The notes beneath the pieces were generated by a model. That model was given only the letters and a program-made list of their open reading frames with translations. It did not search any database and had not been told where the DNA came from. Both the position numbers and the translations under genes were made by a program. From a virus, in the IMG/VR virus record IMGVR_UViG_3300037471_000902, positions 47,858-111,857 of that record: 64,000 nucleotides of DNA; one strand, written 5' to 3'. Shown in pieces: positions 40,657 to 50,795 of this stretch (within the stretch, counting starts at the first letter, position 1; each line of letters begins with the position of its first letter).

Positions 40657-43600
40657 TATACTAGAACACGACGGATGATCTGCAGGCTAGTTCCACCCAC
40701 AAGGAAACCGTAATTTAAGCCATCGCCGTGATAGGATCGTGAATCATCGCCCCACGAGATTCCCAAATCATTGAAAGTAAACGTGACACCGTCAGTGCTG
40801 GTGTAGGTCTCAAATTGGAAAATAGAGTCATTTCGAAGTTGCAGCACATAAGTGTCGTTAACCGCAACCGCAGCACTTGGCTTAAGATCAGGATTATTGT
40901 TTGGGAATGCATAGGTCCATGTCACACCACCGTCAGTACTTGTTGCAATGGAATTTGCCCAACGCACACAAATGAAATTGTTTGCATCAAGCTGCATTAA
41001 TGTGTTAGGTTGGCTCCAATCAGGATCAAATCTTGACAATAACGACCATGATGTTCCGTTAGTGCTTGAGAAAATCTTGTGCGCGCTCAAATCGTCGCTA
41101 TCCTCAGCGATTGCTAGGAATCTATTGTTAAATGAATCCCAATGAATGCTTTGGAAAAACAAGTTTCCAGACTGGACTAGATGTCTAGTCCAGGTCTGGC
41201 CATCTGTGGAACTATGAATGTAGAAGCTGTCAGAATCTGCATACTCACTGCCAGTGGCCGCGCACCATAAATTCAGGGCGGGGCTCCACACTAATCCACT
41301 GCTACTCAGTGAGTTATAGTAAGAGGGTGCTGGCTCAGTAAAGCTGCCAGTTGTCCACGTAATGCCATCTGTCGATTTTGCCCATTGGCTGTTCTGATCT
41401 CCAACAGTTAGGAAATATGAACCATTCCATGAGATAGCGTAAGATGCAAACGAATTGGTAATTGTAGTCCACGTGGCTCCACCGTCGGTACTTCTAGCAA
41501 TGCTTGTACCACCGTTCTCGATCGCGACAAGCACTTGATCTGGATCACCCGCAACACCAATAGAGCTGAATGGAAGTGTCTTTGTTGAACCAGTCAACAC
41601 ATATGTGGGTTCAGCTGGAGCAACGTTGACCGTCAGGGTGGCATCTACGGGATTAAGACTGAAGCTGGCGCTTTCACCACTCAAGACTCGACGAGCAGTA
41701 AGTGTTGCAGATGAACCAACCATTACGAATGATCCTGCCGTTGGACTTAATCCAACCACATTAGGCTCCATCTCAAGCTCAATGATATCGCCTAGATTGA
41801 ACGGTTTTCCCAAATCCTCAATAACGACATCAGTGAATATGAAGCCGCCAGATGTGAAGCTGAATGCTTCGCCTTCGCGAACATATCCTACTAGAGCCCC
41901 GTCTACTGTCACATCAAATATTGTCACGTTATCTTCAACATGAGAGCAGACAAATTTGACGGTCCCAAAATTGAGTGAAACAATTCCAGTTGAGTTCTTG
42001 ATGTGTTTAGTAGCATCACGATCAACAATGACATCTAATCCTTCTCCGTGCATCTTGAAATCATTTGCTCCAATTGGGCGCATCAGACTTCTTTCAAGAC
42101 GAGGCGAATTATTCCCTGTAAAATACGTGTAGCCCCAAACCTTATCAAGGAAATTTAGAGGATCATTCTTAAAGTGCACCCTTGCGCAACCATAGAAGTA
42201 CTCAAGAGATCGCCTCCATGCTGCCTCTGTTGGACCCCAATCACCAAATTTATATCCCTTATCAATATCTGCCGGGATCACATTCGTGAGTGCATAGGAT
42301 GCATTTCCACTGGAGCTTGATACATAGGGTGGAAGAAGGATGTCAGTTGCTGGATCTACGCAAATCTTCAAGCCTGGGCGTTGAGCTCGGATAAAATCCC
42401 ACATTGAGGTTGTCCACAATCTTGTGCCAGTAGTATCTGCGTATTGACCCCAATCTATTGATAGGGCTTGCTCAGCCGCCAGCTGTGTCTCATATCCTAG
42501 GAGTTTCCACGGCTCCAAATTAGGACGAGCCGTGGATAGAGAACCCGATCTGTTAAAATATGCAAGGTAGATTTGATGCCAGCGAGCAGTATGAATGGGG
42601 ACATTGTCAAACACTGCTTGAGAATAGTTCCACGTAAAGGCATTTGCCGCATCAAAGTACGGAGCGTACATATCAAGATTGTACTTGGCTGCGTACTTTG
42701 CGAATTCAACTTCCTTGTCAGCTTCATACATGCTTGTATCAATCTTCACTGACATAGCAGGGTGAATCCCAGCAAAGAGCTTCTCTTCGATAGCCAAAAT
42801 CAAACTTGTTCTAATGATAGATGGAGTGACAATCGACCATGCACTAGAAATGCCAGACGACGAAATTACCCACTCATTACTTGAAGCATCCCATTGATAG
42901 AGAGTATTCGTAGAGCGATTGTACCAGGTCTCGCCAGGAGCTCCTGTTGGGGTTGTTGACCCTTCATGCGTGACAACAAACGCGCGAAGTTGACCCGTCG
43001 ATACCTGCATCCACAACTGGTTCTTGTATGGCAGTGATGGCATGCCCTCAGAAATGAAGCCCCCAACTTTCACACCATCAAACCGTGTGACGATCGTATT
43101 GACTAGATTCCTGTTGAAATCAAGTTCGACACCCAGCACAGGTGAATGATGACCATCATGGTGGACGATCATGTCTATACCTAGAATGTGGTCGAATGCA
43201 ATAGTTGGTTCGACAGCGGCGACAACACTCATCATAGGAAGAGTGACTGGCCAATACTTGACATTTGCAGTGGTGTCACTAAACACTTGACGCAAGTGTT
43301 CATCACTAGCACGCACTTCTTCGAATTTTGCTAGCAGTGACTGAATTCCAGCGTTCGTCGAGCTAATAGTACTCAACGTGAGTGGTGTAGTTGAAATGAA
43401 ATTCGCGAGCTCGTTGTTTAGGAATTGATCAACGCTAGAGATTGCAAGTCTATATTGATACTCACCAAAATCAATAATGCTCAGTGGAGAGATGTCCTTC
43501 TGAATGAGCATGCTGACTAAGAGCGGGAAGTTGCCATTGTATTCACGAATAGCACCGCCAAACCCATAATCTGGATCTAAATTTCTAAAGTTGTTGACAC

Positions 43601-44084
43601 CAAACGATGAGCCTTCAAAACCATCCTGACTCTTGATAACACTTCTAAAATGGTCGATAAGGTTGCCATAGCTAGATTCAGCATCAAGTGTTTTTGGCAG
43701 GTTCTCAAACATTCGTCGAGGAGTTAACCATGTGCCTTCGCCTGAAGTATCTGCTGCAGCACCACCTGGGAAATTCACTAGCTTTCCAAGTTCATCCTTT
43801 TTCACATAGCGCGGCATCGTGGCGTTATGGATATTGACTGTGAATTTGTCGCCAACAACAAATGTCCCGCTAGCGATAGTGAACGTGGCATCGTCACACT
43901 CAAATGCAGTTCCTACAACTAGTGTGCCAACTGCCCCGCTTCTGCTTCCAAGAACACTGAAGGTTGTTGGAGTTATTGCAGTCAGAGTCCAAACCTGGGT
44001 GTCAGCGTATGTTTTAGCGGTGACAGCGAGTGCGTCTTTTAAATTTTCGTTAGAGCCAATGAAGCTAATGAATGTGGAAACCAC
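40656..44084 (-). CDS. Giant baseplate protein, middle part, with an appended C-terminal BNR/Asp-box beta-propeller
   Basis: DHFRSVI, FTWNYS, RPNLEPWKLLG, FGDWGPTEAAWRRS motifs, followed by six or more S-T-[DN]-G-x-T-W repeats. GTG start with GGAG RBS. Confidence 0.65.
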   Translation of the reverse strand: MVSTFISFIGSNENLKDALAVTAKTYADTQVWTLTAITPTTFSVLGSRSGAVGTLVVGTAFECDDATFTIASGTFVVGDKFTVNIHNATMPRYVKKDELGKLVNFPGGAAADTSGEGTWLTPRRMFENLPKTLDAESSYGNLIDHFRSVIKSQDGFEGSSFGVNNFRNLDPDYGFGGAIREYNGNFPLLVSMLIQKDISPLSIIDFGEYQYRLAISSVDQFLNNELANFISTTPLTLSTISSTNAGIQSLLAKFEEVRASDEHLRQVFSDTTANVKYWPVTLPMMSVVAAVEPTIAFDHILGIDMIVHHDGHHSPVLGVELDFNRNLVNTIVTRFDGVKVGGFISEGMPSLPYKNQLWMQVSTGQLRAFVVTHEGSTTPTGAPGETWYNRSTNTLYQWDASSNEWVISSSGISSAWSIVTPSIIRTSLILAIEEKLFAGIHPAMSVKIDTSMYEADKEVEFAKYAAKYNLDMYAPYFDAANAFTWNYSQAVFDNVPIHTARWHQIYLAYFNRSGSLSTARPNLEPWKLLGYETQLAAEQALSIDWGQYADTTGTRLWTTSMWDFIRAQRPGLKICVDPATDILLPPYVSSSSGNASYALTNVIPADIDKGYKFGDWGPTEAAWRRSLEYFYGCARVHFKNDPLNFLDKVWGYTYFTGNNSPRLERSLMRPIGANDFKMHGEGLDVIVDRDATKHIKNSTGIVSLNFGTVKFVCSHVEDNVTIFDVTVDGALVGYVREGEAFSFTSGGFIFTDVVIEDLGKPFNLGDIIELEMEPNVVGLSPTAGSFVMVGSSATLTARRVLSGESASFSLNPVDATLTVNVAPAEPTYVLTGSTKTLPFSSIGVAGDPDQVLVAIENGGTSIARSTDGGATWTTITNSFASYAISWNGSYFLTVGDQNSQWAKSTDGITWTTGSFTEPAPSYYNSLSSSGLVWSPALNLWCAATGSEYADSDSFYIHSSTDGQTWTRHLVQSGNLFFQSIHWDSFNNRFLAIAEDSDDLSAHKIFSSTNGTSWSLLSRFDPDWSQPNTLMQLDANNFICVRWANSIATSTDGGVTWTYAFPNNNPDLKPSAAVAVNDTYVLQLRNDSIFQFETYTSTDGVTFTFNDLGISWGDDSRSYHGDGLNYGFLVGGTSLQIIRRVLV

Positions 44085-44093
44085 CGAGTGAAC

Positions 44094-44147
44094 TCCGAAA
44101 AGAGATAGGGTAGCAAAAAGTGCTACCCTTATTTATCTCCATTCAGA
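44094..44147 (-). promoter_or_regulatory. Hairpin with an embedded late promoter, covering the RBS of 40656..44084
   Basis: AGGGTAGCA/TGCTACCCT core, GAGAT/ATCTC and TCCGAA/TTCAGA outer arms; minus-strand TAAATA at 44130-44135. Confidence 0.6.
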
Positions 44148-44158
44148 ATCTTAAAAAA

Positions 44159-46747
44159 TCACACCTGCGTCGCAGCCCAGATGGTTTTCAAGACATCATT
44201 TTCTTTCCAGAACAGCAGTCTATCATCCTCGTCCTTGATACCCAGTCCAAGCACGTAATCACTGTTCACGGTGGTTTTTAGGCGACGGCTGATAATTGGA
44301 TCGACAGTAAAGTCTGGATCCTCAGCATAGAAAAAGATCCCTGATGTCACGCCTGCATGGGTTCCATCATAATAGAAAAGATCAAATTGTGGAATCTGAT
44401 TGAACCTAACCTTTTCTTGACGATACCCAAATCCATTCCCAATCTCTTCTTCAGCAGGATTATTATTCTGATCGACCCAACCATTTAGCTGAAGATCAGA
44501 CAAATACTCTATGATGGGGCGTGCTGCCTGAACACAGTCATCTAAGATTGCTGGGTCAATGTCATTCTTATGGGCCCAGAAATTATACCTCTGCCAATCA
44601 GTGAATTCAGGATTCAAGAAATAACCAACGAGGTTAAGATCTAACAAACCTGATTTTCCAAGTATGCCAGTGTGTGCTAGGTTTCCACTATGATTGCTGG
44701 AAATTCCTGTAATAATGGCTTCCCCAAGAGTATCGTCCCATTCAAACGTGACGTTATGTGAATGGACATCATCAACAGTTGATGTGAGCGTGATGGTTGA
44801 AAGGGCGCCAGACTTTAAATCATTCCATTGCGATAATGAAAGATTTACGTGATGGTAGTGGTCACTGGTACCCAGCTCATACAGATATTCAGACGGGGTA
44901 ACTGGAACGTCTGATACGGTTGAAGTTGATTTCCAAATCTCGAATGAGTCGAAATACATCGTCGCACCTTGGTTAGTATTTTCACTAAGACCAATGCGAA
45001 TTTTACGCCCAGATGGTTGTGGGATATTTCCAGTAAATGGCGCGCTTACTACTTGAGTGCCGTTTATACGGCCTATGATCGTGTTGCCAATTCGTTCAAC
45101 CTCGATATCGTAAGTTACACCTTGTGGTAGTAAGCCAAACGAAAAGAGAATAGGGAATGTGGTGCCATTTGCCAAGTAGAAGAACAAACCGTTGGTTGTG
45201 TTGCCACCGCCTAACGCTTGGCTGTAATAGAGAAGGAACTGTGATCCTACCCCAGTTTGTCCTGGGTCCATATTGGACAGAATGCTTTTACCTGCACTGT
45301 TTGTCCAGTTTGCACGCAATTTGATTTTCCAATCGTCATGCGCGGGAAGCATATTGGTACTTGTGGCCGCCGTCTCCAAATACGATGTAGTATTAGCGAT
45401 ATGGAGGGATTGTGTTCCAGCAAGTGGACTTGTTGAAGATACTGATACACCAGTTCCACCAGTTGTCCAGACAGAATCTGCCGCGCCAGTGTCAAGGTAT
45501 CCGCTCTCAAAATCCATATTGACAATTTTACTAGACGCATAGGTGTGCCACGGAGTCGCAGGTCCATCAAAATTGAATGCACCTTCAGCGAAACGGTTCT
45601 GTAATTCCCATGTCGACCCGCTGTAGGTGTCGCCGTCTGTGACATACACGCGCGATAGAAGTGGCCAGTTCTGCGCACTATTGAAATTAGGAGCTCGTTG
45701 CCACTTGCTCGTATCTACAATGTACACGCCATTCTCAGCCGGATTTGTTTGAGCCGTCAACAACACTGCATCACCAAGTTGTACGCGCACACCATCAACG
45801 AGCATCATAGTTGCATCAGGGGAAATATTAGATAGGAATCCTTTTCCAACTCCTGACGTTGCTGGGATGAATCGAACAGAGTTTCCACCTGTCACGTACG
45901 TGATGTCAATTTGGAATTTGTCACCAGCACTGAAGGCAACAGATCCAATAGTAATGGTAAACGAGAATAGCAGATCAGAATCCCCACTGTCACCCATTCC
46001 ATGGCCACCTGACGCGCCATTTTGCAGACTAGGCGCGCTGACATAGAATGTGTTTGCATCACCTGCACCAGTATTTGCTAGAGTGAGGGCACCAGTATTT
46101 GTTGAATCCCCTGGAACTGTTTGGGAGTACAATGTTCCTTGATTTCCAGAAATAACAACCGTGGTAGGACTTGTGAAGAGAACCTCCACAGTTTCAGGTG
46201 GGCGGTCCTTACCATACATGCGAAGGTCACGATCAGCTACTAATCTGACTGGTAGTTTCTGAGTGCTTGTTGACTTTGGGAACTGCTGGACGTAATATTC
46301 TGGATCAATGTCAGGGTTCCAAGGCAGTACTGGCTTGTTCTTCAGCGCCTTGCCATACCAGAAGTAGTTTGAGTAATTTACAAACTTATCAAAATTAATT
46401 GGTGGCGCGTAATTTAGAGATTGCTCCAGCAGAATCTCATTTAGTTTCGTGGTGTCAATACCAAGCGCGTCCATTTTGGCGATAAGGTCGTCAAATGTGA
46501 ACGCTTTTTCCTCAGTACCTGTCTTAACATAGAGCGCGGGGACCAGTGCGTTCTGTTCTCTATCAAGATTAGGTGAGTCAATTACCGCGGCAGAAGTATC
46601 GGTGATCTTACCAATCTGGCCGTTTATGACGACGCTCTGTTCCTCTGCCAGAAAACGGTTGAAGAGGTTGGATAAAAGGCTTGTGCTTCTTTCGTTCCTA
46701 AGTTCAAGGGGAACGTAATTAACAAGGTCGATCTTTTGTTTTGACAT
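44159..46747 (-). CDS. Giant baseplate protein, N-terminal part, with inserted LamG-like and His-rich modules
   Basis: PPINFDKFVNYSNYFW, WQRYNFWAHK, QAARPIIEY and PQFDLF motifs. DGVRVQLGDAVLL...ENGVY module is shared with the fibres. Confidence 0.65.
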   Translation of the reverse strand: MSKQKIDLVNYVPLELRNERSTSLLSNLFNRFLAEEQSVVINGQIGKITDTSAAVIDSPNLDREQNALVPALYVKTGTEEKAFTFDDLIAKMDALGIDTTKLNEILLEQSLNYAPPINFDKFVNYSNYFWYGKALKNKPVLPWNPDIDPEYYVQQFPKSTSTQKLPVRLVADRDLRMYGKDRPPETVEVLFTSPTTVVISGNQGTLYSQTVPGDSTNTGALTLANTGAGDANTFYVSAPSLQNGASGGHGMGDSGDSDLLFSFTITIGSVAFSAGDKFQIDITYVTGGNSVRFIPATSGVGKGFLSNISPDATMMLVDGVRVQLGDAVLLTAQTNPAENGVYIVDTSKWQRAPNFNSAQNWPLLSRVYVTDGDTYSGSTWELQNRFAEGAFNFDGPATPWHTYASSKIVNMDFESGYLDTGAADSVWTTGGTGVSVSSTSPLAGTQSLHIANTTSYLETAATSTNMLPAHDDWKIKLRANWTNSAGKSILSNMDPGQTGVGSQFLLYYSQALGGGNTTNGLFFYLANGTTFPILFSFGLLPQGVTYDIEVERIGNTIIGRINGTQVVSAPFTGNIPQPSGRKIRIGLSENTNQGATMYFDSFEIWKSTSTVSDVPVTPSEYLYELGTSDHYHHVNLSLSQWNDLKSGALSTITLTSTVDDVHSHNVTFEWDDTLGEAIITGISSNHSGNLAHTGILGKSGLLDLNLVGYFLNPEFTDWQRYNFWAHKNDIDPAILDDCVQAARPIIEYLSDLQLNGWVDQNNNPAEEEIGNGFGYRQEKVRFNQIPQFDLFYYDGTHAGVTSGIFFYAEDPDFTVDPIISRRLKTTVNSDYVLGLGIKDEDDRLLFWKENDVLKTIWAATQV

Positions 46748-46748
46748 T

Positions 46749-46785
46749 CTGGAATCTCATCACGGGAATGAGATATTTATCCCAG
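46749..46785 (-). promoter_or_regulatory. Late promoter overlapping an RBS-occluding hairpin
   Basis: ATCTCAT/ATGAGAT and CTGG/CCAG arms; minus-strand TAAATA at 46774-46779. Confidence 0.55.
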
Positions 46786-46811
46786 GTAGTCAATCTTGAT
46801 ATTGACCTATT

Positions 46812-47018
46812 TTAAAAATCTTCTGAGCACCATTCATAATCATAGTGAGTCGTGAAGATCTGATACACCTCGATTTGAATGCTAGTATGGCTACCCTGTT
46901 CCTCAACATAAACATTCACCTTTGGAACAAGTCGTGGATCCTTGTCCCTTACATCCTGCTGTCTGTGCAGAATTCCAGTTCCATATGCGAATATTCCGGC
47001 TGGAGTGAGAGTAGCCAT
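46812..47018 (-). CDS. Small hypothetical protein
   Basis: Starts 3 nt after the gp6-like stop and fills the intergenic gap. Confidence 0.45.
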   Translation of the reverse strand: MATLTPAGIFAYGTGILHRQQDVRDKDPRLVPKVNVYVEEQGSHTSIQIEVYQIFTTHYDYEWCSEDF

Positions 47019-47021
47019 GTT

Positions 47022-50000
47022 TTACTTCATTTGTCTAAGCACTGTTGGGGTAAGAGCAGCCACGATTTCGACATCATTAACCGTCGCACAAGATTGCAGA
47101 ACTTCATCAAAGCCGGAATCGACAGTGAAGAGTGAGCCAAAGGAGTTGACAGAATATGTTGGGACAGGAACTACAGAAGCAATCTGAGTTGGCAGTCGTT
47201 GATGAATTAGGCTGATTAGTTCTGTTGCATAGAACTTGTCACCAAAATCCCAGTTAGCAATGTTGAAGTAGGAGTTGATGACAGCAATCACTTCAGCCTT
47301 GATTCGTTCGTCAGAGAACGTGGCACCTTGGGCCTTCACAATTCTAAACTTGGCGCGCAACTGCGGATCAGCCAATGCACCAAACAAGAGCTTGATTTTT
47401 CCAGAGTGCAGAACGAGAGTATCTGAAAGCATCTTGTTCTTCAAGAGTTCTGCATATGAGGTGCGAAGCTCAAGCGGCGTTGGCGGCGTTGGCTCAACGC
47501 TAATAACACCACGAATGTAATCATTCATATTCTGGTAGTAACCGCGAGATAGAATGAACGCATCATGAATGTTAGTCACAGACGGATCAATCAAGTTTGT
47601 GACGGGAGAGAAATGCTGCCACATGAAGTCTAGCCCAGTGTCAGCGCTGCACGTACCATCTGGGTGAGAAATGATTGGCATGCTGCGGCGACGAACAAGA
47701 ACCTTTCCATCTGGATTGGCTCCAGTCTCAGTGAAGAACTGACCTGCTGAAAACTCGAAATCTAAACCAGCGTAAGGACCGCTAAGAATAATGAGGCGGC
47801 CTGTGTCAAATCTGATCGTGTCAAATGGGTCAATGTCGTATCCACCTGTGTAGATGTATGAGCCACATGGGAGCCACGTCGTTGAGCCATTTTCAACAAT
47901 TCCAAATTCAAACGAATCAGCCGAGAAGTGCTCGTACTGAAGCATGTTGTCAATGACGCCGGTACCAGAAATTGTGTACGCTAAGCTATTAGCTGGCAGA
48001 ACCTCGAGTTGTGATGTGACAACATTTCCGTCATTGTCATAGATGCTTCCAACAACGTCGTATACGTGGTTGTGACGGAGTGGACGGCCATCAGAATCAA
48101 GATTCGATCGAAGGATACGGATCTTGTCATACACAGTCTTCTTGGTCTCAGGATCAATGATCTGGGAGGATTGGTTATACCAGAACTTTGTCGTCGCACT
48201 TTCAACAATGAGACGCATTTCACGATAATAGATAGTGTATTCTAGAGGATTACCAAAACTATCATCAGTTCTCTTGATTAGAAAGATCCAAGCGTTTGCG
48301 TCATCAGACGGGTCAAAGCGGTAGTGTTGAGTAGACCAAGATGCTTGATCAAATGGGTCAACACTAATAGCATCGTGAGAGATGATCTCAAAGTAACCAT
48401 TCAGATTAATCTTTGTCTCACCATTGAATTCGCGAAGGCGGTTAACCCATGTATAACCAGCAAAGGAACTGCTGTCGCTTCTCCATTCTGGATCGTCAAG
48501 CTTGTGTGCTAGACCAGTCCAATATACTTCAACAATGAACGCATCGCCTTGTTCGAATGGTACCTCACCAGCTTCCTCATCTGCAGCAGGGATTAGGAAG
48601 TCAATTGGTGGATCAGAAACCATTGAGCTGTATTGGACACCAACACGAGCGCTTGGCAGGGACCCGCGCAAGTTGCTCACAACGCTTACAGTCGTCTTGT
48701 CAGTTTGAACTTCTAAAGTGAAGACCTCAACACGGTCTTTGTACTCCGGCAAACCGTTAGGGAATGAAGAGATAAGATTGATGTCAGGAGAACCAACGCA
48801 CTTAAGGAATCTATTCCACTTGAGACCAAAATATGGCTCATTCGCGATAGATTGAAGGCCTGATCCCGTGTCACCAGGTGGCCATGTGTTTACGCCGTCA
48901 ATAGTACGACGAAGACTCTCATCATAGAGCTTACCGTCATTCGTTGACGTGGATGTGGTTGGATCATCAATGACACCGTGGCGTGCACCATTCAACGTCA
49001 CGAATGATTTTGGTTCACCATACCAATGGCGGTCTAGCGCACCCTGAATTGCGGTCTTTTCTTTTAAGGAACCGTCAACCATTGGACTTGAGTTAGTTAC
49101 CAAGTCACCGTATGGGTTAGCATTGCCACCATCAATACCATTCACAAATCGTGGAGTGCCATCCGTCTTTAAGGAGCGATTGTCTTCAATGAACGCCCTG
49201 CGTGGGAAGCTCATGATGCCGTATGCATCTGGGTGTGAAGCAGACACATAGTTAATCATGTTAAAGACACCTGTCTTTGTCAGCAATGGCTCAAGATACG
49301 AATCAATCAGTGAGCGCGCAGATGATGTAGACGTGACGTTATTGACATGAATGTCATAAAACATCTTGAGATCATCACCAAACAGCTTGACGTTTTCATA
49401 CTTTCGTGAAGAGTCATTCCATTCAATGTATTTTGGCTGACCAGCAAATGTTCTATTGACAGTCTTGAGCTTCAAGATCGACTGATCTTTCAACATGTAA
49501 GTGTTGTAGTCTTGACCATTCACCATGCGGTTCTGACCGTAATAGGTCGCAGGGGCCGCCTGGCGAATATGCTCGATGTCTTCAGATGCTGCGTTATTCT
49601 GAAGCGCTGAAGTTAGAGAGAACGTGAGAGAAGCAGATTGAGATGCACCGATCTGGTTCACGTATGTGAAGCTCATTCGCGCATTTTGAACCTGATTCTT
49701 GGCAATATTGATTGTCTCGTTTGCAGAGACACGGGCCCAAAGTTGGAAGTCGCCAACTGGAGCGTCACTGAAATCACCATCACCGAAGAGAAGCGCAACA
49801 CGATCGTTCTCTAGCGTCTCGATTTCAAATTTCTTTCGCGTGGAATTGTCGTTGTTGAACTGCAGGTTCTGCTCATTGATCGTCTCCACACGTTTCCAGT
49901 TTTCAGAAATCGTGTCGTTCTCAATACGATAGACCCACACGTCAGTGTCATTCACATTGGTGAGGTCAAGTTCAATTCTACGATTCTTAATTGCTTCTTC

Positions 50001-50795
50001 GATCGTATAGTCGGTACGAATGAGTGTTCCCTGCTTTACAAACATCAAGAAGCCAGTGTAATCAGACCCATCACCACGACCGTCAGATGCATAAGCAATT
50101 GATAGCTGAGCATTTAAATCTGGGTTACGCTCGAAGGGACCATTTTCGTCAACATCAACTGGCACAACTTCCATCGGGAAGCTCTCACCTTGACCACCCG
50201 CTGTAAATGCGAAAACACCATTCTTGAAGCCACCAACACTGTTGTTCAGGCTATAAACCTGCATCATGACATCGCCAATTTGGAATGACTTCTGTGGTTG
50301 GCCAAAGCGTGATGTCATGACCTTGTTCATGACGAGGAAAAATTGTTCCTTCCAATTCGAGTTGTTTGGATCATTCCACGTCACTGTCACGTTCGCCAAA
50401 TCATTACCTAGCGAATCAAAGATCTGCTCGGACGTGCGAACAGTTGTGATCTTCACAAGACCACGAGCTGGAATATTTCTAGATGCACGATATGAAATGA
50501 GTCGTGCAAGCTTCAAAATTGACTGCTTACGCTGGGCAGTGGGCATGAAGTTCTCATGCGACATCACGTCAACACGATATGCTAGCAACTCCGCCACATA
50601 CGCAAACATCTCGAGGATAGCAATAAGCTCTCCAGACTCGATGAAGTCATTGAAGTCTTCAGCATGATAGATTTTCAGGTACTGAAGAAGAGATTCCTTG
50701 ACAGTATCGTAGTCATACGCAGTGAAATTTATCTGTTGGAACGCGTTATAAACCTTGTCCCAGGACTCGGAACTATATGTATTGCGGATAGTCAT
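47022..50795 (-). CDS. gp6: Baseplate wedge subunit, T4 gp6-like
   Basis: YDYDTVKESLLQYL...FNDFIESGE...ENFMPTAQRKQSILKLARLISY; LLFGDGDF; EDIEHIRQAAP...QNRMVNGQDY. Confidence 0.85.
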   Translation of the reverse strand: MTIRNTYSSESWDKVYNAFQQINFTAYDYDTVKESLLQYLKIYHAEDFNDFIESGELIAILEMFAYVAELLAYRVDVMSHENFMPTAQRKQSILKLARLISYRASRNIPARGLVKITTVRTSEQIFDSLGNDLANVTVTWNDPNNSNWKEQFFLVMNKVMTSRFGQPQKSFQIGDVMMQVYSLNNSVGGFKNGVFAFTAGGQGESFPMEVVPVDVDENGPFERNPDLNAQLSIAYASDGRGDGSDYTGFLMFVKQGTLIRTDYTIEEAIKNRRIELDLTNVNDTDVWVYRIENDTISENWKRVETINEQNLQFNNDNSTRKKFEIETLENDRVALLFGDGDFSDAPVGDFQLWARVSANETINIAKNQVQNARMSFTYVNQIGASQSASLTFSLTSALQNNAASEDIEHIRQAAPATYYGQNRMVNGQDYNTYMLKDQSILKLKTVNRTFAGQPKYIEWNDSSRKYENVKLFGDDLKMFYDIHVNNVTSTSSARSLIDSYLEPLLTKTGVFNMINYVSASHPDAYGIMSFPRRAFIEDNRSLKTDGTPRFVNGIDGGNANPYGDLVTNSSPMVDGSLKEKTAIQGALDRHWYGEPKSFVTLNGARHGVIDDPTTSTSTNDGKLYDESLRRTIDGVNTWPPGDTGSGLQSIANEPYFGLKWNRFLKCVGSPDINLISSFPNGLPEYKDRVEVFTLEVQTDKTTVSVVSNLRGSLPSARVGVQYSSMVSDPPIDFLIPAADEEAGEVPFEQGDAFIVEVYWTGLAHKLDDPEWRSDSSSFAGYTWVNRLREFNGETKINLNGYFEIISHDAISVDPFDQASWSTQHYRFDPSDDANAWIFLIKRTDDSFGNPLEYTIYYREMRLIVESATTKFWYNQSSQIIDPETKKTVYDKIRILRSNLDSDGRPLRHNHVYDVVGSIYDNDGNVVTSQLEVLPANSLAYTISGTGVIDNMLQYEHFSADSFEFGIVENGSTTWLPCGSYIYTGGYDIDPFDTIRFDTGRLIILSGPYAGLDFEFSAGQFFTETGANPDGKVLVRRRSMPIISHPDGTCSADTGLDFMWQHFSPVTNLIDPSVTNIHDAFILSRGYYQNMNDYIRGVISVEPTPPTPLELRTSYAELLKNKMLSDTLVLHSGKIKLLFGALADPQLRAKFRIVKAQGATFSDERIKAEVIAVINSYFNIANWDFGDKFYATELISLIHQRLPTQIASVVPVPTYSVNSFGSLFTVDSGFDEVLQSCATVNDVEIVAALTPTVLRQMK

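Noticed and set aside
36187-46747. Stop-codon reassignment, introns or sequencing frameshifts as the cause of the split baseplate gene
   Set aside because: Other genes are intact in the standard code. The breaks use different stops (TGA, TAA). The spacers are only 62-74 nt and contain an organised promoter, hairpin and RBS.
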